61,212 nt of DNA from an uncultured Gammaproteobacteria bacterium (GTDB lineage Bacteria > Patescibacteriota > Patescibacteriia > 2-12-FULL-57-11), in assembly GCA_964648865.1 (NCBI GenBank), contig CAZYLV010000006.1:1-61212 (forward strand), read 5' to 3'. This document shows, piece by piece, positions 18,732-28,555 of this stretch. Position numbers and translations under genes: made by a program. Below the pieces are notes generated by a model. The model saw nothing but the letters and a program-made list of their open reading frames with translations, did not search any database and was not told the origin of the DNA. Position 1 is the first letter of the stretch. Each line of letters begins with the position of its first letter.

Positions 18732-18822
18732 AGTGCGCGTTCTGGTCGCGCGCAGACGTGAGATCTCCGAGATCTCCGTGTCTGCGTACGACCGTGATTA
18801 TCTGGTTACGTCAGGCCCGTTG

Positions 18823-18843
18823 GGGCGGGTCTCAGACCCGCCC
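18823..18843 (-). terminator. Hairpin downstream of the NYN gene
   Basis: GGGCGGGTC-tca-GACCCGCCC perfect stem. Confidence 0.5.
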
Positions 18844-18858
18844 TTACCGGACTTGTTG

Positions 18859-19467
18859 TCAGACCGGGATCTTCTTGCCGCCGCGGATGATGGCCCCGTG
18901 GCCCGCGGCCTCGCCTTCGTCCGGAGGCGCTTTGGCCTCGCTCCGGGCGCTGCGGCGCCGGCCGCCGCCCTCGCGGATGAGGTAGCTGTCCTTGTCGGCC
19001 GAGAGGTCGGTGTAGGTGTCCGCGGCCTCGACGAGCTTGGTCGAGCTGGACTCGCGGAAGGAGACGACCTCGACCTGCTTGCCCTGGTTGCGCAGGTACT
19101 CGACGAGCGGCACGAAGTCGCCGTCGCCGGAGACCAGGATGATGACGTCGAGCGTCGCCGCCACGCGGATGGCGTCCACGGCGATGCCCACGTCCCAGTC
19201 GGCCTTCTTGGCGCCGCCGGCGAACTCCTGGATCTCCTTTTCCTTGTACTCGATGCCGGCGTGGTAGAGCGCCTCGAAGAACGGCTTCTCCTCGCCGGTC
19301 TTGGTGCGCACCACATAGGCGATGGCCCGGATGAGCTGGCGGCCCTCGACGGACTTGCGGACGATCTCGCCGAAGTTGGCCTTGGCGCCGTGGAGGTTGC
19401 GCGCCGAGTAGTACATGTTCTGCACGTCGATGAACACGCCGACGCGCTGGCTGGGGTGCTTGATCAT
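18859..19467 (-). CDS. NYN domain (LabA/DUF88) protein
   Basis: VFIDVQNMY, KKADWDVGIAVD and LVSGDGDFVPLV motifs. Confidence 0.93.
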   Translation of the reverse strand: MIKHPSQRVGVFIDVQNMYYSARNLHGAKANFGEIVRKSVEGRQLIRAIAYVVRTKTGEEKPFFEALYHAGIEYKEKEIQEFAGGAKKADWDVGIAVDAIRVAATLDVIILVSGDGDFVPLVEYLRNQGKQVEVVSFRESSSTKLVEAADTYTDLSADKDSYLIREGGGRRRSARSEAKAPPDEGEAAGHGAIIRGGKKIPV

Positions 19468-19525
19468 AAAACGCGCTTCGTTGGGAAAAACGCAACGGGA
19501 GCGCAGAGCGCCCCCGGCAAAACGC

Positions 19526-19789
19526 TTACTTCAGCTTGAGTTTCTCGGCCAGCTCGGCGTGGGCCTTGCTGTCCTCGCGCTCCAGGTACCTGAGGAGCCG
19601 ATGCCGCTCGCCGACCTTCTTGAGGAGGCCGCGACGCGAGCTGTGGTCCTTCTTGTGCTCCTTGAGGTGGCCGGCGAGGTCGTCGATCTCCGCCGAGAGG
19701 ATGGCGATCTGGACCTGCGGGGAGCCCGTATCCTTGGCGTGGGTCTTGAACTTCTCGATGATCTTCTCCTTTTTTGCCTTGTCGAGCAT
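19526..19789 (-). CDS. rpsO: 30S ribosomal protein S15
   Basis: DTGSPQVQIAIL, HKKDHSSRRGLLKKVGERHRLL. Confidence 0.98.
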   Translation of the reverse strand: MLDKAKKEKIIEKFKTHAKDTGSPQVQIAILSAEIDDLAGHLKEHKKDHSSRRGLLKKVGERHRLLRYLEREDSKAHAELAEKLKLK

Positions 19790-19952
19790 GTGCGTGTCCG
19801 GGGACGCTCCAGCCGGAGCCGGGCGGCCCTATAAGAATGAACGGCCGCAGCATAGCAGGGATGCTCGCGTGCGTCAACCGGTTGGGGCGTATCGCAATAC
19901 GCCCCTACGCCAGCGTTCGCCGATGTCGTACAATATCCGTTGTCCCGACCCT

Positions 19953-20912
19953 ATGGCCTCCCGCGACATCCGCACCCTGCTCGAGCAGTTCCTCGATCAC
20001 CTGGAGATCGAGCGGAACCGTTCGTTGCGTACGCGCACCAACTACCAGTTCTATCTTGGGCGCTTCCTGGATTGGGCGCGCAGTCGCCGCAAAGGCAAGG
20101 ACGTCTCTCCGGGGGACATCGACGACGAGCTGGTGCGCGAGTTCCGGCTGTGGCTGAACCGCGTCGAGAACGGCCGCGGAGAGGAGCTCAAGAAGAACAC
20201 CCAGAACTACCACCTCATCGCGCTGCGCGCCTTCCTCAAGTACTTGGCCAAGCGCGACGTCAGGACCATGGCCGCCGAGAAGGTCGAGCTCGGCAAGATG
20301 CCGGAGCGCATGGTGGCGTTCCTCGAGCCGACGGACCTCGAGCGCCTCTTGGCCGCTCCGCTCAGCGGGGCGGGCGAGAAGCCCGACGTCATCCGCCTGC
20401 GGGACAAGGCCGTCCTGGAGCTCCTGTTCTCCACCGGCTTGCGCGTCTCCGAGCTCGCGGGCCTGAATCGTGAGGACGTCAACCTGGAGCGCGACGAATT
20501 CACGGTGCGCGGCAAAGGACGCAAGCTGCGCGTCGTCTTCCTGTCCGAGCAGGCCAAGTACTGGATCAAGCAGTATCTCGCCGGTCGCCGTGACGTCTCA
20601 CCGTTCCTCTTCGTGGCCCACGACCGGGCCCGCAAGGGCCGCGAGGACGCGCAGGGGCTCACCCCGCGCTCGGTGGAGCGCATCGTGGCGCGCTACAGCC
20701 GCGCCGCCGGCATCCCCAAGCAGATCACGCCGCACTCCCTGCGCCACACCTTCGCCACCGACCTGCTCATGAACGGCGCGGACATCCGCTCGGTGCAGAC
20801 GCTGCTCGGCCACGCCAGCATCACCACGACGCAGATCTACACGCACGTCACCAACCGGCAGCTCAAGGAGGTCCACAAGGCCTTCCACTCCAGACGCAGG
20901 AAGAAGGGTTGA
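19953..20912 (+). CDS. Tyrosine recombinase, XerC/XerD type
   Basis: N-terminal SAM-like domain, then [35 protein letters not shown] and [13 protein letters not shown]. Confidence 0.93.
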   Translation: MASRDIRTLLEQFLDHLEIERNRSLRTRTNYQFYLGRFLDWARSRRKGKDVSPGDIDDELVREFRLWLNRVENGRGEELKKNTQNYHLIALRAFLKYLAKRDVRTMAAEKVELGKMPERMVAFLEPTDLERLLAAPLSGAGEKPDVIRLRDKAVLELLFSTGLRVSELAGLNREDVNLERDEFTVRGKGRKLRVVFLSEQAKYWIKQYLAGRRDVSPFLFVAHDRARKGREDAQGLTPRSVERIVARYSRAAGIPKQITPHSLRHTFATDLLMNGADIRSVQTLLGHASITTTQIYTHVTNRQLKEVHKAFHSRRRKKG

Positions 20913-20946
20913 CGCAGCGACGGTTCCGGCGTAAGTTCGCGGGTCC

Positions 20947-21023
20947 GCCCTGGTAGCTCAATTGGATAGAGCAGACGGTTTCTACCCGTCAGGTTGCAGG
21001 TTCGACTCCTGCCCGGGGCACCA
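20947..21023 (+). tRNA. tRNA-Arg (TCT)
   Basis: Cloverleaf with anticodon arm GACGG-ttTCTac-CCGTC, TTCGA T-loop and encoded CCA. Confidence 0.95.
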
Positions 21024-21025
21024 GA

Positions 21026-21054
21026 AAACATCCGCCATGCAGGCGGGTGTTTTC
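21026..21054. terminator. Terminator after tRNA-Arg
   Basis: AAAACATCCGCC-atgca-GGCGGGTGTTTT. Confidence 0.65.
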
Positions 21055-21061
21055 TTTGCGC

Positions 21062-21727
21062 TTACGGGTTCTCCACGAGCCGGAACGTGGCGATGATCAT
21101 CTCGATCTGTGCGTCGAACTCGTCCAGATCGAACGGCACGCAGGCCTCGCTCGAGACGGACAGGCCGCTGGCCGGCGGCGTGGCGCAATCCAGCATGCCC
21201 GCGTTGGCGGCCTTCTTGGTGAAGGCGAGGTGCGCGTAGCGCGGGCCCATCTTGGTGACGACGTGTTGCGTCATGTAGACGCTGCCGGCCGCGCCCTCGC
21301 GGAAGAAGCTGCGGCAGAAGGTGAGCCCGTTCGCGGAGAGACGCTCCGGCGAGCGGTCTTCGCTCGCGCCCTGGCGATAGCAGCCGTCGACGATGGCGCT
21401 GTCGCCCTCGGCGACGAAGGTCACCTCCCACGTCGGCGCGTAGCGGCCGCGGGTCGGCGCCTGGAAGGTGAACCCGAGCGCCTCGTTTTCGTAGGTCTGC
21501 CAAGTGGCGTCGACGCCGGCCGCTGCCGGCAGTGCCCGGACGCCCTGGTTCGGCGGCGTCGCCGGCGGGGCGTCGGTGACCGGCGCGTTCACCGGCGGTC
21601 GATTGGCGCTCACTGGTGCGTTGGCGCCCGGCGCATCGGCGGCAGGCGTCTCAGGAGCGGCGCCGCAGCCGGCGCCGATGAGCAGCAGGGCGGCGATGGC
21701 CGCAGGGAGGGAGGTGCGCATATGCAT
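21062..21727 (-). CDS. Hypothetical lipoprotein
   Basis: Signal peptide ending LLLIGAGC, a Pro/Ala linker and a four-Cys extracellular domain. Confidence 0.75.
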   Translation of the reverse strand: MHMRTSLPAAIAALLLIGAGCGAAPETPAADAPGANAPVSANRPPVNAPVTDAPPATPPNQGVRALPAAAGVDATWQTYENEALGFTFQAPTRGRYAPTWEVTFVAEGDSAIVDGCYRQGASEDRSPERLSANGLTFCRSFFREGAAGSVYMTQHVVTKMGPRYAHLAFTKKAANAGMLDCATPPASGLSVSSEACVPFDLDEFDAQIEMIIATFRLVENP

Positions 21728-21815
21728 CTTGGGTACCGCAGGACGGACGTTTTTGCAACCGCGATTTGTCCCCGGGCTGTCCCCTTGACGCACCGCGGGC
21801 AGCGCGGTATATCTC

Positions 21816-22265
21816 ATGCCATCGGCCTACACAGAAGAAAAGCCGCGAACAGATTTTGCACGTATGCGTGAAGAAGCGGAAGCATCCTTGGATGAGATCT
21901 TCTCCGATGCGGGCGTCGCCGAAGACGACGAGCTCCGCGATCGGGCCCAGCGGGTGGTCGACATGCTCCCCGAGTACATCGACCAGGAGGACATCGAGGG
22001 GTTCGTCTCCTTCATCCGCGAAGAGACCTCGGCCTACGGCAACGAGCGCGCGCTCGTGAAGGCCGTGCTCGACCTGCTCCTCGCCGAGGGCGAGGTGACC
22101 GAGGAGTTCGTGGCAAACGTCACCACGTTCCTCGACAAGGAGGCCGCCGGCCCGGCCGACGAGGAGGAAGACGAGGAATACGAGGACGACGAGGAAGAGG
22201 AGGATGAAGAGGAAGAGATGGAGATCTCCGGCATGGACCTCGGCGCCGAGCCGGAACCGGCATAA
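21816..22265 (+). CDS. Hypothetical highly acidic protein
   Basis: 149 aa with a C-terminal D/E tract; followed by hairpin 22276-22297. Confidence 0.7.
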   Translation: MPSAYTEEKPRTDFARMREEAEASLDEIFSDAGVAEDDELRDRAQRVVDMLPEYIDQEDIEGFVSFIREETSAYGNERALVKAVLDLLLAEGEVTEEFVANVTTFLDKEAAGPADEEEDEEYEDDEEEEDEEEEMEISGMDLGAEPEPA

Positions 22266-22300
22266 GAGCGCGTCCCAGCCCCGCCTCGGCGGGGCTGTAT

Positions 22301-22376
22301 GGTGGCCATGGTGAAACGGTTATCACAGCAGGTTGTGGTCCTGCTATTACGGGTTCGATTCCCGTTGGCCACCCCA
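22301..22376 (+). tRNA. tRNA-His (GTG)
   Basis: Anticodon arm GCAGG-ttGTGgt-CCTGC, G-1:C73 pair typical of tRNA-His, and encoded CCA. Confidence 0.95.
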
Positions 22377-22439
22377 GAGAAAAGCGTCCCTCGTCGAGGG
22401 GCGCTTTTCTCTGTTTGCTGTATACTGGCGACGACCGTT

Positions 22440-23437
22440 ATGCCGAGGAGGACCTTGCGCGTCGGCTATGCCGACTTCCCGCCGTTCGTCTCCAAGAGGG
22501 GGACGCGGCTGGTCGGCTTTGAGGCGGCGCTCTGGGAGGCCGTCGCGCGCGAGTTGGGCGTCGCCAGCCGCTTCTCTCGCCACACGCTCAGCGAGCTGCT
22601 CTCGCGGGTCCGCGCCGGCACGCTCGACGTGGCCTTCGCCGGCATCTCCAAGACCGAGGCCCGCGAGCGTGAGGTCGATTTCACCCACGCCACGTACAGT
22701 TCCGGCCTGGCCATCCTGGTACGGTCCGTCGGCCGTTTCCGGATCCTGCGTGCGCTCGGCACTCTGCTCGTGGAGAAGCGCCGGACCATCGGCGAGTCAT
22801 GCTCTGGCTCGGCGGCTTCGTGGCCGCGATCAGCCACGCCGTGTGGTTCGTCGAGCGCGGCAAGGGGGCTTTCTCGACGGACTATCTGACCGGCATCGGC
22901 GACGCCGTCTGGTACACGGTCGTCACCATCAGCACCGTGGGGTACGGCGACTTCGCGCCGGTCACCCTGGTCGGGCGGATCATCGGCGTCCTGACCATCG
23001 TCATCGGCTACGCCGTCTTCGCCCTGCTCATCGCCGAGCTCAACTCGCTCTTGGTGCTGGAGCGGCTGCGCTCGCCCATCCAGGACGCCGGCGACCTGCG
23101 GCGGCGGCGCGTGGCCACGGTCGGCCAGACCGTCGCCGAGACCGTCCTCGACAAGTACCAGGCGGTGGCCGCGCCGTCCTCGACGCTGCGCGAGGCGCTC
23201 ACGACGCTCGAGCGCGGCGACGCCGACGCGCTCGTCTTCGACGCGCCGATCCTCCAGCACTACGTCAAGGAGCACGGCACCGGCACCTTCCGCACCGTCG
23301 GACCGCGCTTCGAGGAGCATGACTACGGCATGATCGTGCCCGAGGGCAGCCCGTGGCGCGAGAAGATCAACCGCGCGCTGCTGCGGCTCGTCGAGAGCGG
23401 GGAGTACGACCGGCTGCAGCGCCAGTGGTTCGCGTGA
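22440..23437 (+). pseudogene. GluR0-like channel (SBP_bac_3 ligand-binding domain plus K+ channel pore), frameshifted near 22795
   Basis: 5' frame: VGYADFPPF...DVAFAGIS...REREVDFT. 3' frame: TISTVGYGD selectivity filter and S2 lobe. A single missing G in 'ggcgagtc' joins the two frames. Confidence 0.75.
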
Positions 23438-23478
23438 GCGCTTCCGCCGACCGACGCCTTCCGGTAGGATAGGGTCGT

Positions 23479-24018
23479 ATGCCAGGGAAACGCGAGACGG
23501 CGGTCTTCGGCGGCGGGTGCTTTTGGTGCACGGAAGCCATCTTCAGCGCCTTGCGCGGGGTGGAGACCGTGACCTCCGGCTATGCCGGCGGCAAGATGGT
23601 CGATCCCGGGTACGACCAGGTGAGCATGGGCACGACCGGCCATGCCGAGGTGGTCCAGGTGGAGTTCGATCCGGAGGTCGTTTCCTACGGGACGTTGCTC
23701 GAGGTCTTCTTCGCCACCCACGATCCGACGACCATGAACCGCCAGGGCGCCGACGTCGGCACCCAGTACCGCTCGGCGGTCTTCACGACGAACGACGCCC
23801 AGACGCAGGCGGCCAAGGCGTATGTCGAGAAGCTCGAGGCCGGGGAGTACGCCGGCCGGAAGATCGTCACCGAGGTCGCGCCGCTCGACCGCTTCTACAC
23901 GGCCGAGGAATACCACCAGAAGTACTTCGAGAAGAACGCCGGGAACCCGTATTGTTCGGTGGTCATCGTGCCGAAGCTCGAGAAGCTCAAAAAGCAGTTC
24001 GCCCATCTCCTGAAGTGA
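23479..24018 (+). CDS. msrA: Peptide methionine sulfoxide reductase MsrA
   Basis: GGGCFWCTE, TGHAEVVQV and AEEYHQKY motifs. Confidence 0.97.
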   Translation: MPGKRETAVFGGGCFWCTEAIFSALRGVETVTSGYAGGKMVDPGYDQVSMGTTGHAEVVQVEFDPEVVSYGTLLEVFFATHDPTTMNRQGADVGTQYRSAVFTTNDAQTQAAKAYVEKLEAGEYAGRKIVTEVAPLDRFYTAEEYHQKYFEKNAGNPYCSVVIVPKLEKLKKQFAHLLK

Positions 24019-24021
24019 CTT

Positions 24022-24420
24022 ATGGATGACGAGAAGATGAAAAAGGACGAGGAGCTCGATCCGGAGCTCCGCCACGTGGCGCGCGAGGGCGGTACCGAGG
24101 CGCCGTTCACCGGCAAGTATTGGGACAGTAAGGAGAAGGGCATGTACACCTGCGCCGTCTGTGGCGCCGAACTCTTCTCTTCGGACACCAAGTTCGATTC
24201 CGGCACCGGCTGGCCGAGCTTCACCGAGCCCGCCAACCTCAAGAACATCGAGCTGCACGAGGACCTCTCCGGTGGCATGCGTCGCACCGAAGTGCGCTGC
24301 AAGAATTGCGGCGCGCACCTGGGCCACGTCTTCGACGACGGACCGCGGGAGAAAGGCGGCAAGCGCTACTGCATCAACTCCGTCTGCCTGAACCTCAAGA
24401 AGGAAGGGGAGGAGACGTAG
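24022..24420 (+). CDS. msrB: Peptide methionine sulfoxide reductase MsrB
   Basis: [26 protein letters not shown] and RYCINS motifs. Confidence 0.97.
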   Translation: MDDEKMKKDEELDPELRHVAREGGTEAPFTGKYWDSKEKGMYTCAVCGAELFSSDTKFDSGTGWPSFTEPANLKNIELHEDLSGGMRRTEVRCKNCGAHLGHVFDDGPREKGGKRYCINSVCLNLKKEGEET

Positions 24421-24496
24421 CGGCAAGACCGGGACCTCAGGGTCCCGGTCTTGTTTTCTGTCTCCGCTTCGGCTACGGTCGCGGCGAGGAGGAGTG

Positions 24497-25030
24497 ATGG
24501 GATTCTTGATTGTCGGCACTGCAATCGTGCTCGCGCTCGTATCCTTGGCCTACGAGGCCTGGAACAGACCAGACCGCGTCTTGGCGCGGCGGATTGAGGA
24601 GTGTGCCCGGCGCATCCGCTCGTCCGCCCAGGAGATCGCTGATGCGAAGGCCAAGCTCCCGCATCTGGTGAGCGAGGCCCACCTCGCCCAGATGCGTGAG
24701 CGAGGAGCGACGCACGTGGGCCTGCATGGCAAACGCCTGGTCGTCATCGAGGCCCGCAGCGAGGCCGACTTCCGTGTGATGCGTGACATGCAGGTGAAGG
24801 CCATCGAGGGAGAAATCCGCTTCCACGAATGGCGGCTCGATGAGGCCGCAGCGGAGTGGCGGGAGTTGGTGCGGCGCCACCATGCCCAACAGCGGCTGCT
24901 CCAGGAGATCGAAGGACGGAAGGCGACGATGCCCTACCGCTCGGCGGCGCCTCGCCTCACGGCCGTACCGGAGATTACCGCGGTGAACGCCCTACTCAAG
25001 CGGTTGGGGTACGAAGTGCCGGACGCGTGA
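24497..25030 (+). CDS. Hypothetical protein, N-terminal TM plus coiled coil
   Basis: GAGGAGGAG SD upstream and a 178-aa ORF. Confidence 0.6.
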   Translation: MGFLIVGTAIVLALVSLAYEAWNRPDRVLARRIEECARRIRSSAQEIADAKAKLPHLVSEAHLAQMRERGATHVGLHGKRLVVIEARSEADFRVMRDMQVKAIEGEIRFHEWRLDEAAAEWRELVRRHHAQQRLLQEIEGRKATMPYRSAAPRLTAVPEITAVNALLKRLGYEVPDA

Positions 25031-25075
25031 GCGTACCGGTTTTCTTTTCCCCGAAGCGTCTCGTACAATGGCGCC

Positions 25076-25336
25076 ATGCGCACCGTCCGCTTCGTCCCCG
25101 ACTGGAGAGCCGTCGCCGCGTATCTGCGCGATCCGCGGTCGGACTGGAAACCGAAGGCGGCCGTCGTTGCGGCCCTGGCGTATCTCGTCTGGCCTGCCGA
25201 CTTGGTTCCCGACATCGCGCCGCTGCTCGGCTGGCTCGACGACATCGGACTCACCGCGCTCGCGGCGTGGTATCTTGTCCATGCCGCGTCGCGGCGTAAT
25301 GCCCCGCCGGGAACGCCGTACCAACCCAAGAACTAA
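25076..25336 (+). CDS. YkvA/DUF1232 family protein
   Basis: LAYLVWPADLVPDIAPLLGWLDD motif. Confidence 0.88.
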   Translation: MRTVRFVPDWRAVAAYLRDPRSDWKPKAAVVAALAYLVWPADLVPDIAPLLGWLDDIGLTALAAWYLVHAASRRNAPPGTPYQPKN

Positions 25337-25345
25337 CTTTCGCCT

Positions 25346-26164
25346 ATGCGCATGTCTCCTCTCGTCCGTGCGGCTGCCGTCCTTGGTGCGTCCAGCATGA
25401 TCCTCTCCGCCGTCCCTGCGATGGCCGGGGATTGCTTCTCGGATCCGGTCCACGCGCGCGACTGGGGCGCGACCGTGACCACCGGCGCGCGCGTCCGCGA
25501 CGTCGCCTGCATGGAGGGCTCGGTGGTCAAGACGACGCTCGCCGTGGGCACGCGGGTCGCCATCATCGCCGAGACCGACGGCTGGTACAAGGTCCGCACC
25601 ACCACGGGGCTCGAGGGCTGGGTCGGCCAATGGCTGCTCTCCGTGGGCGGCGAGGCGCCGACGACGGCCGCGGCAGAGCCGACGGCCGTCCAGACGCGCC
25701 CCGTGCCTGCGGTCGGGCTCGTGCGCGGCGCCTCGACGCGCGGCGTCTACCTGGTGCGCGAGGGCAAGCGCTACGCCTTCCCCTCGGAGCGCGTCTTCCG
25801 CAGCTGGTATGCCGACTTCAACGCCGTCGTCGTGGTCAGCGACCGGGACCTGGCCGCCGTGCCGCTCGCCGGCAACGTCACCTACCGCCCGGGCATCCGT
25901 CTCGTGAAGCTCGAGACCGACCCGCGCGTCTACGTCGTCGGCCGCTACGGCGTGCTGCGCGCCATCGCCAGCGAGGCCGTGGCCCGTGAGCTCTACGGCG
26001 ATGCCTGGGCCGCGCTCGTCGACGACATCATGGACATCCACTTCGGCAACTATCTGGTCGGCGCGGAAGTGGTCTCCTCCTCGGACTTCGACCGCACGGC
26101 CGAGAGCGCCGTCACCGCACCCACCGAGAACGTCCGTCCGGAGGGGTTCACGGTCACGCCCTAA
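25346..26164 (+). CDS. Secreted protein: bacterial SH3 domain plus conserved C-terminal module
   Basis: Signal peptide, SH3b-like region (GWYKVRT..G.EGWV), and a C-terminal module shared with the genes at 44307 and 46680. Confidence 0.8.
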   Translation: MRMSPLVRAAAVLGASSMILSAVPAMAGDCFSDPVHARDWGATVTTGARVRDVACMEGSVVKTTLAVGTRVAIIAETDGWYKVRTTTGLEGWVGQWLLSVGGEAPTTAAAEPTAVQTRPVPAVGLVRGASTRGVYLVREGKRYAFPSERVFRSWYADFNAVVVVSDRDLAAVPLAGNVTYRPGIRLVKLETDPRVYVVGRYGVLRAIASEAVARELYGDAWAALVDDIMDIHFGNYLVGAEVVSSSDFDRTAESAVTAPTENVRPEGFTVTP

Positions 26165-26238
26165 GACGTCCGGAAGGGAACCGCCGACGCTTGACGCGTC
26201 GGCGGTTTTCGTATATCACCCGGGCAGGAGGTGTTCTA

Positions 26239-27129
26239 TTGCAGAGTTTCATCGAGAGATATCCTGAGGTCTTGCGGCTCTTGGTGATGCGAAAAAGCGG
26301 GAGTGTCCTGCCACGCGCTGGGAGCGCCGTGACCACGGCCTACGAGCATCTGGCGACGGGGTTGCCAGCCGATCATGCCTGGAACCAGGGGAAGATCGAC
26401 CACGCCCGTGAGAGCGCCGCGGAGGCCGCAGCGCTGGCTGAGCGTCTCGGCTTGGGTGAGGACGGAGCGGAGATCCTCGGCTTCCTGCTCTACAGCCACG
26501 ACATCGGACGGCTGGTCGAGGCGCGTCGTCAGGTGCTCGGCCTGCACCGACCGACCTGGCATCACGGCCGTGATAGCGTCGACGTCATCCGTGCGATGAC
26601 GCTCGCCCTCCCCACAGCCGTGCCGTGGTTCGATACGTTGCTCGTGGCCATCGAGCACCATGCCGACCGCGTCACGCCGACGCTGGAGCAGCTCGGCGGC
26701 GACCGCGCGGCCTGGGCGTTCACCACGCTCCTGCGCGACCTGGACAAGCGTGCCGGCTTCAAGCACGCCCGGCGCTACACCGAGGACGCCGCGTTCAAGG
26801 CGGCGCAGGCCGCGGCCAATTGGCCGGAGCGCCGCGCGGAGGATCCGCTGTGGGGGACGGAGATGCGCCGCATCGATCCGTCGGAGCTGCTCGAGACCTT
26901 CGCGCGTCGGGAGGCCCTGGAGCGACAGCGCTGCCGCAGCTACGAGACCTACATGCTGCAGTACCTGGCCTGGGTCTTCGACACTCAACACCCGGAGCTG
27001 CTGCGGCTGACGCTCGAGGAGGGCGGCCCCGAGATCGTCCTGGCCTACCTCGGCCGTCAGCTCGCCGATGCGGAGTTCGTGCGCGTCCAGCGCGCCTACC
27101 GCGGCTTCCTGGCCGAGCAGGGCGCTTGA
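26239..27129 (+). CDS. HD-domain phosphohydrolase
   Basis: DH...HDIGR...HH...RDLDK HD motifs. TTG start 5 nt after the GGAGGTG SD. Confidence 0.75.
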   Translation: MQSFIERYPEVLRLLVMRKSGSVLPRAGSAVTTAYEHLATGLPADHAWNQGKIDHARESAAEAAALAERLGLGEDGAEILGFLLYSHDIGRLVEARRQVLGLHRPTWHHGRDSVDVIRAMTLALPTAVPWFDTLLVAIEHHADRVTPTLEQLGGDRAAWAFTTLLRDLDKRAGFKHARRYTEDAAFKAAQAAANWPERRAEDPLWGTEMRRIDPSELLETFARREALERQRCRSYETYMLQYLAWVFDTQHPELLRLTLEEGGPEIVLAYLGRQLADAEFVRVQRAYRGFLAEQGA

Positions 27130-27193
27130 GGCGACCGCCGCACATCGCGCATGTGCGGCTTTTCTTTTTCCGGCGCGTCCGTACAATGCGCCC

Positions 27194-28555
27194 ATGATGA
27201 CGCTTTCCGCCGCCCAGCGCCGCTTCGGCGCGTACGCCATCGCCGCGACCATCGTCCTCATCGGGCTCGGCATCCGGCTCAACAACCTTTTCGCCTACAC
27301 CACCTGGTGGGCCGACGACGGCGGCGGGCACATCGCCTACGTCGAGACGGTCCTCGCCGGGCGCCTGCCGGTGCCGGAAGAGACGTACCTGGCCTGGCAC
27401 GAGCCGCTCTACTACGTCTTCGTGGCGCTGTGGCACAAGGCCGGGGCGCTCGGCGGTCTCGGCGGGCTCGACTGGTGGGAAGCGGCGAACGTGCTGTTCT
27501 CGCTCGGGCTCTTTGTCGCAGCTGCGCTCGTGGCGTGGCTCCTCACCCGGAGCCGCGCCGTGACGCTCGCCGTGCTGGCGCTCGTCGCCGTGCAGTTCCC
27601 GGCCGTGAAGCTCGCCGCCTACGTCAACAACGAGCTCCTCGCCCAGACGCTCATCCTCTTGGCCATCGCCTCCTTCGTGGGTTGGCGGCTCGGGGAGCGG
27701 GACGTGCCGACGAAGCGCGTCGTGCTCTTCGGCGCGCTGCTCGGCGTCGCGCTCATCACCAAGATCACCACGGTCATCGCGCTCCTCGCCGCGCTCCTCG
27801 TCTGGGCCTGGCGCTTCCTGACGACGCGCGACACGCGGTTCCTCGCGCGCATCGCCGTCTTGCTCACGCTCACCGCGCTCATCCAGGCCCCGTGGCTGGT
27901 CCACAAGGTGCGCACCTTCGGGACGCTCGCCTCCATCAACCTCTACGAAACGCTGCCTCGGTATCGTCCCTGGGATTCGCCGGGGTGGAGGTACATCTTC
28001 GCTTGGAACAACCGAATCCTCACGGATTACCCGTACTGGTACAGCATGCCCCCCTCCGGTCCGGCCGTGCTCCTCGCCGATTCCTTCGGCGACTACTACA
28101 ACCTCTTCGGCAACGTGGACCGGGTCAACGCCCTGCCGGAGGGTGAACGCACGCTCACCGGCAACGGCCGCTACACGACGCCGGCGCTCTGGCGTGCCCT
28201 GTTGGCATCCAATCGGGTCGGGCTGGCTGTCGCCGCGGTCTGGGCGATCGGTATCGTCGGGTATCTCCTGGACCTGGCGCGCAAACGCCGCCTGGATCCC
28301 CAGACGGCGTTCGTCCTGTTCACGCTCGCGGGCGGGTATGCGGCGCTTCTCGTCAACAACCTGCGGCTGCCGTACCTCGAGCGCGGCGTGCTCAAGGCGC
28401 ATTTCATCTATTTCACCTATCCGCTGCTGGCCACGCTCTCCTGGGGCTGGTTGCGGGAACGATTGCCGTCCGCGGCATGGGCGCTCGTCGTCCTGGCGCC
28501 GCTTGCGGCGTCCGTCGCCGTGGCCTGGCCGATGCTGGTGGTCCCCGGCGCTTAG
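27194..28555 (+). CDS. GT-C fold membrane glycosyltransferase (ArnT/PMT-like)
   Basis: Multi-TM protein with DDGGGHIAY first loop and HEPLYY, NNELL and K(I)T motifs. Confidence 0.7.
   Translation: MMTLSAAQRRFGAYAIAATIVLIGLGIRLNNLFAYTTWWADDGGGHIAYVETVLAGRLPVPEETYLAWHEPLYYVFVALWHKAGALGGLGGLDWWEAANVLFSLGLFVAAALVAWLLTRSRAVTLAVLALVAVQFPAVKLAAYVNNELLAQTLILLAIASFVGWRLGERDVPTKRVVLFGALLGVALITKITTVIALLAALLVWAWRFLTTRDTRFLARIAVLLTLTALIQAPWLVHKVRTFGTLASINLYETLPRYRPWDSPGWRYIFAWNNRILTDYPYWYSMPPSGPAVLLADSFGDYYNLFGNVDRVNALPEGERTLTGNGRYTTPALWRALLASNRVGLAVAAVWAIGIVGYLLDLARKRRLDPQTAFVLFTLAGGYAALLVNNLRLPYLERGVLKAHFIYFTYPLLATLSWGWLRERLPSAAWALVVLAPLAASVAVAWPMLVVPGA

Noticed and set aside
19953-21023. Tyrosine recombinase next to tRNA-Arg as an integrative element
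   Set aside because: Host-like GC and codon usage, XerC/D-type sequence, no duplicated tRNA 3' end and no cargo.
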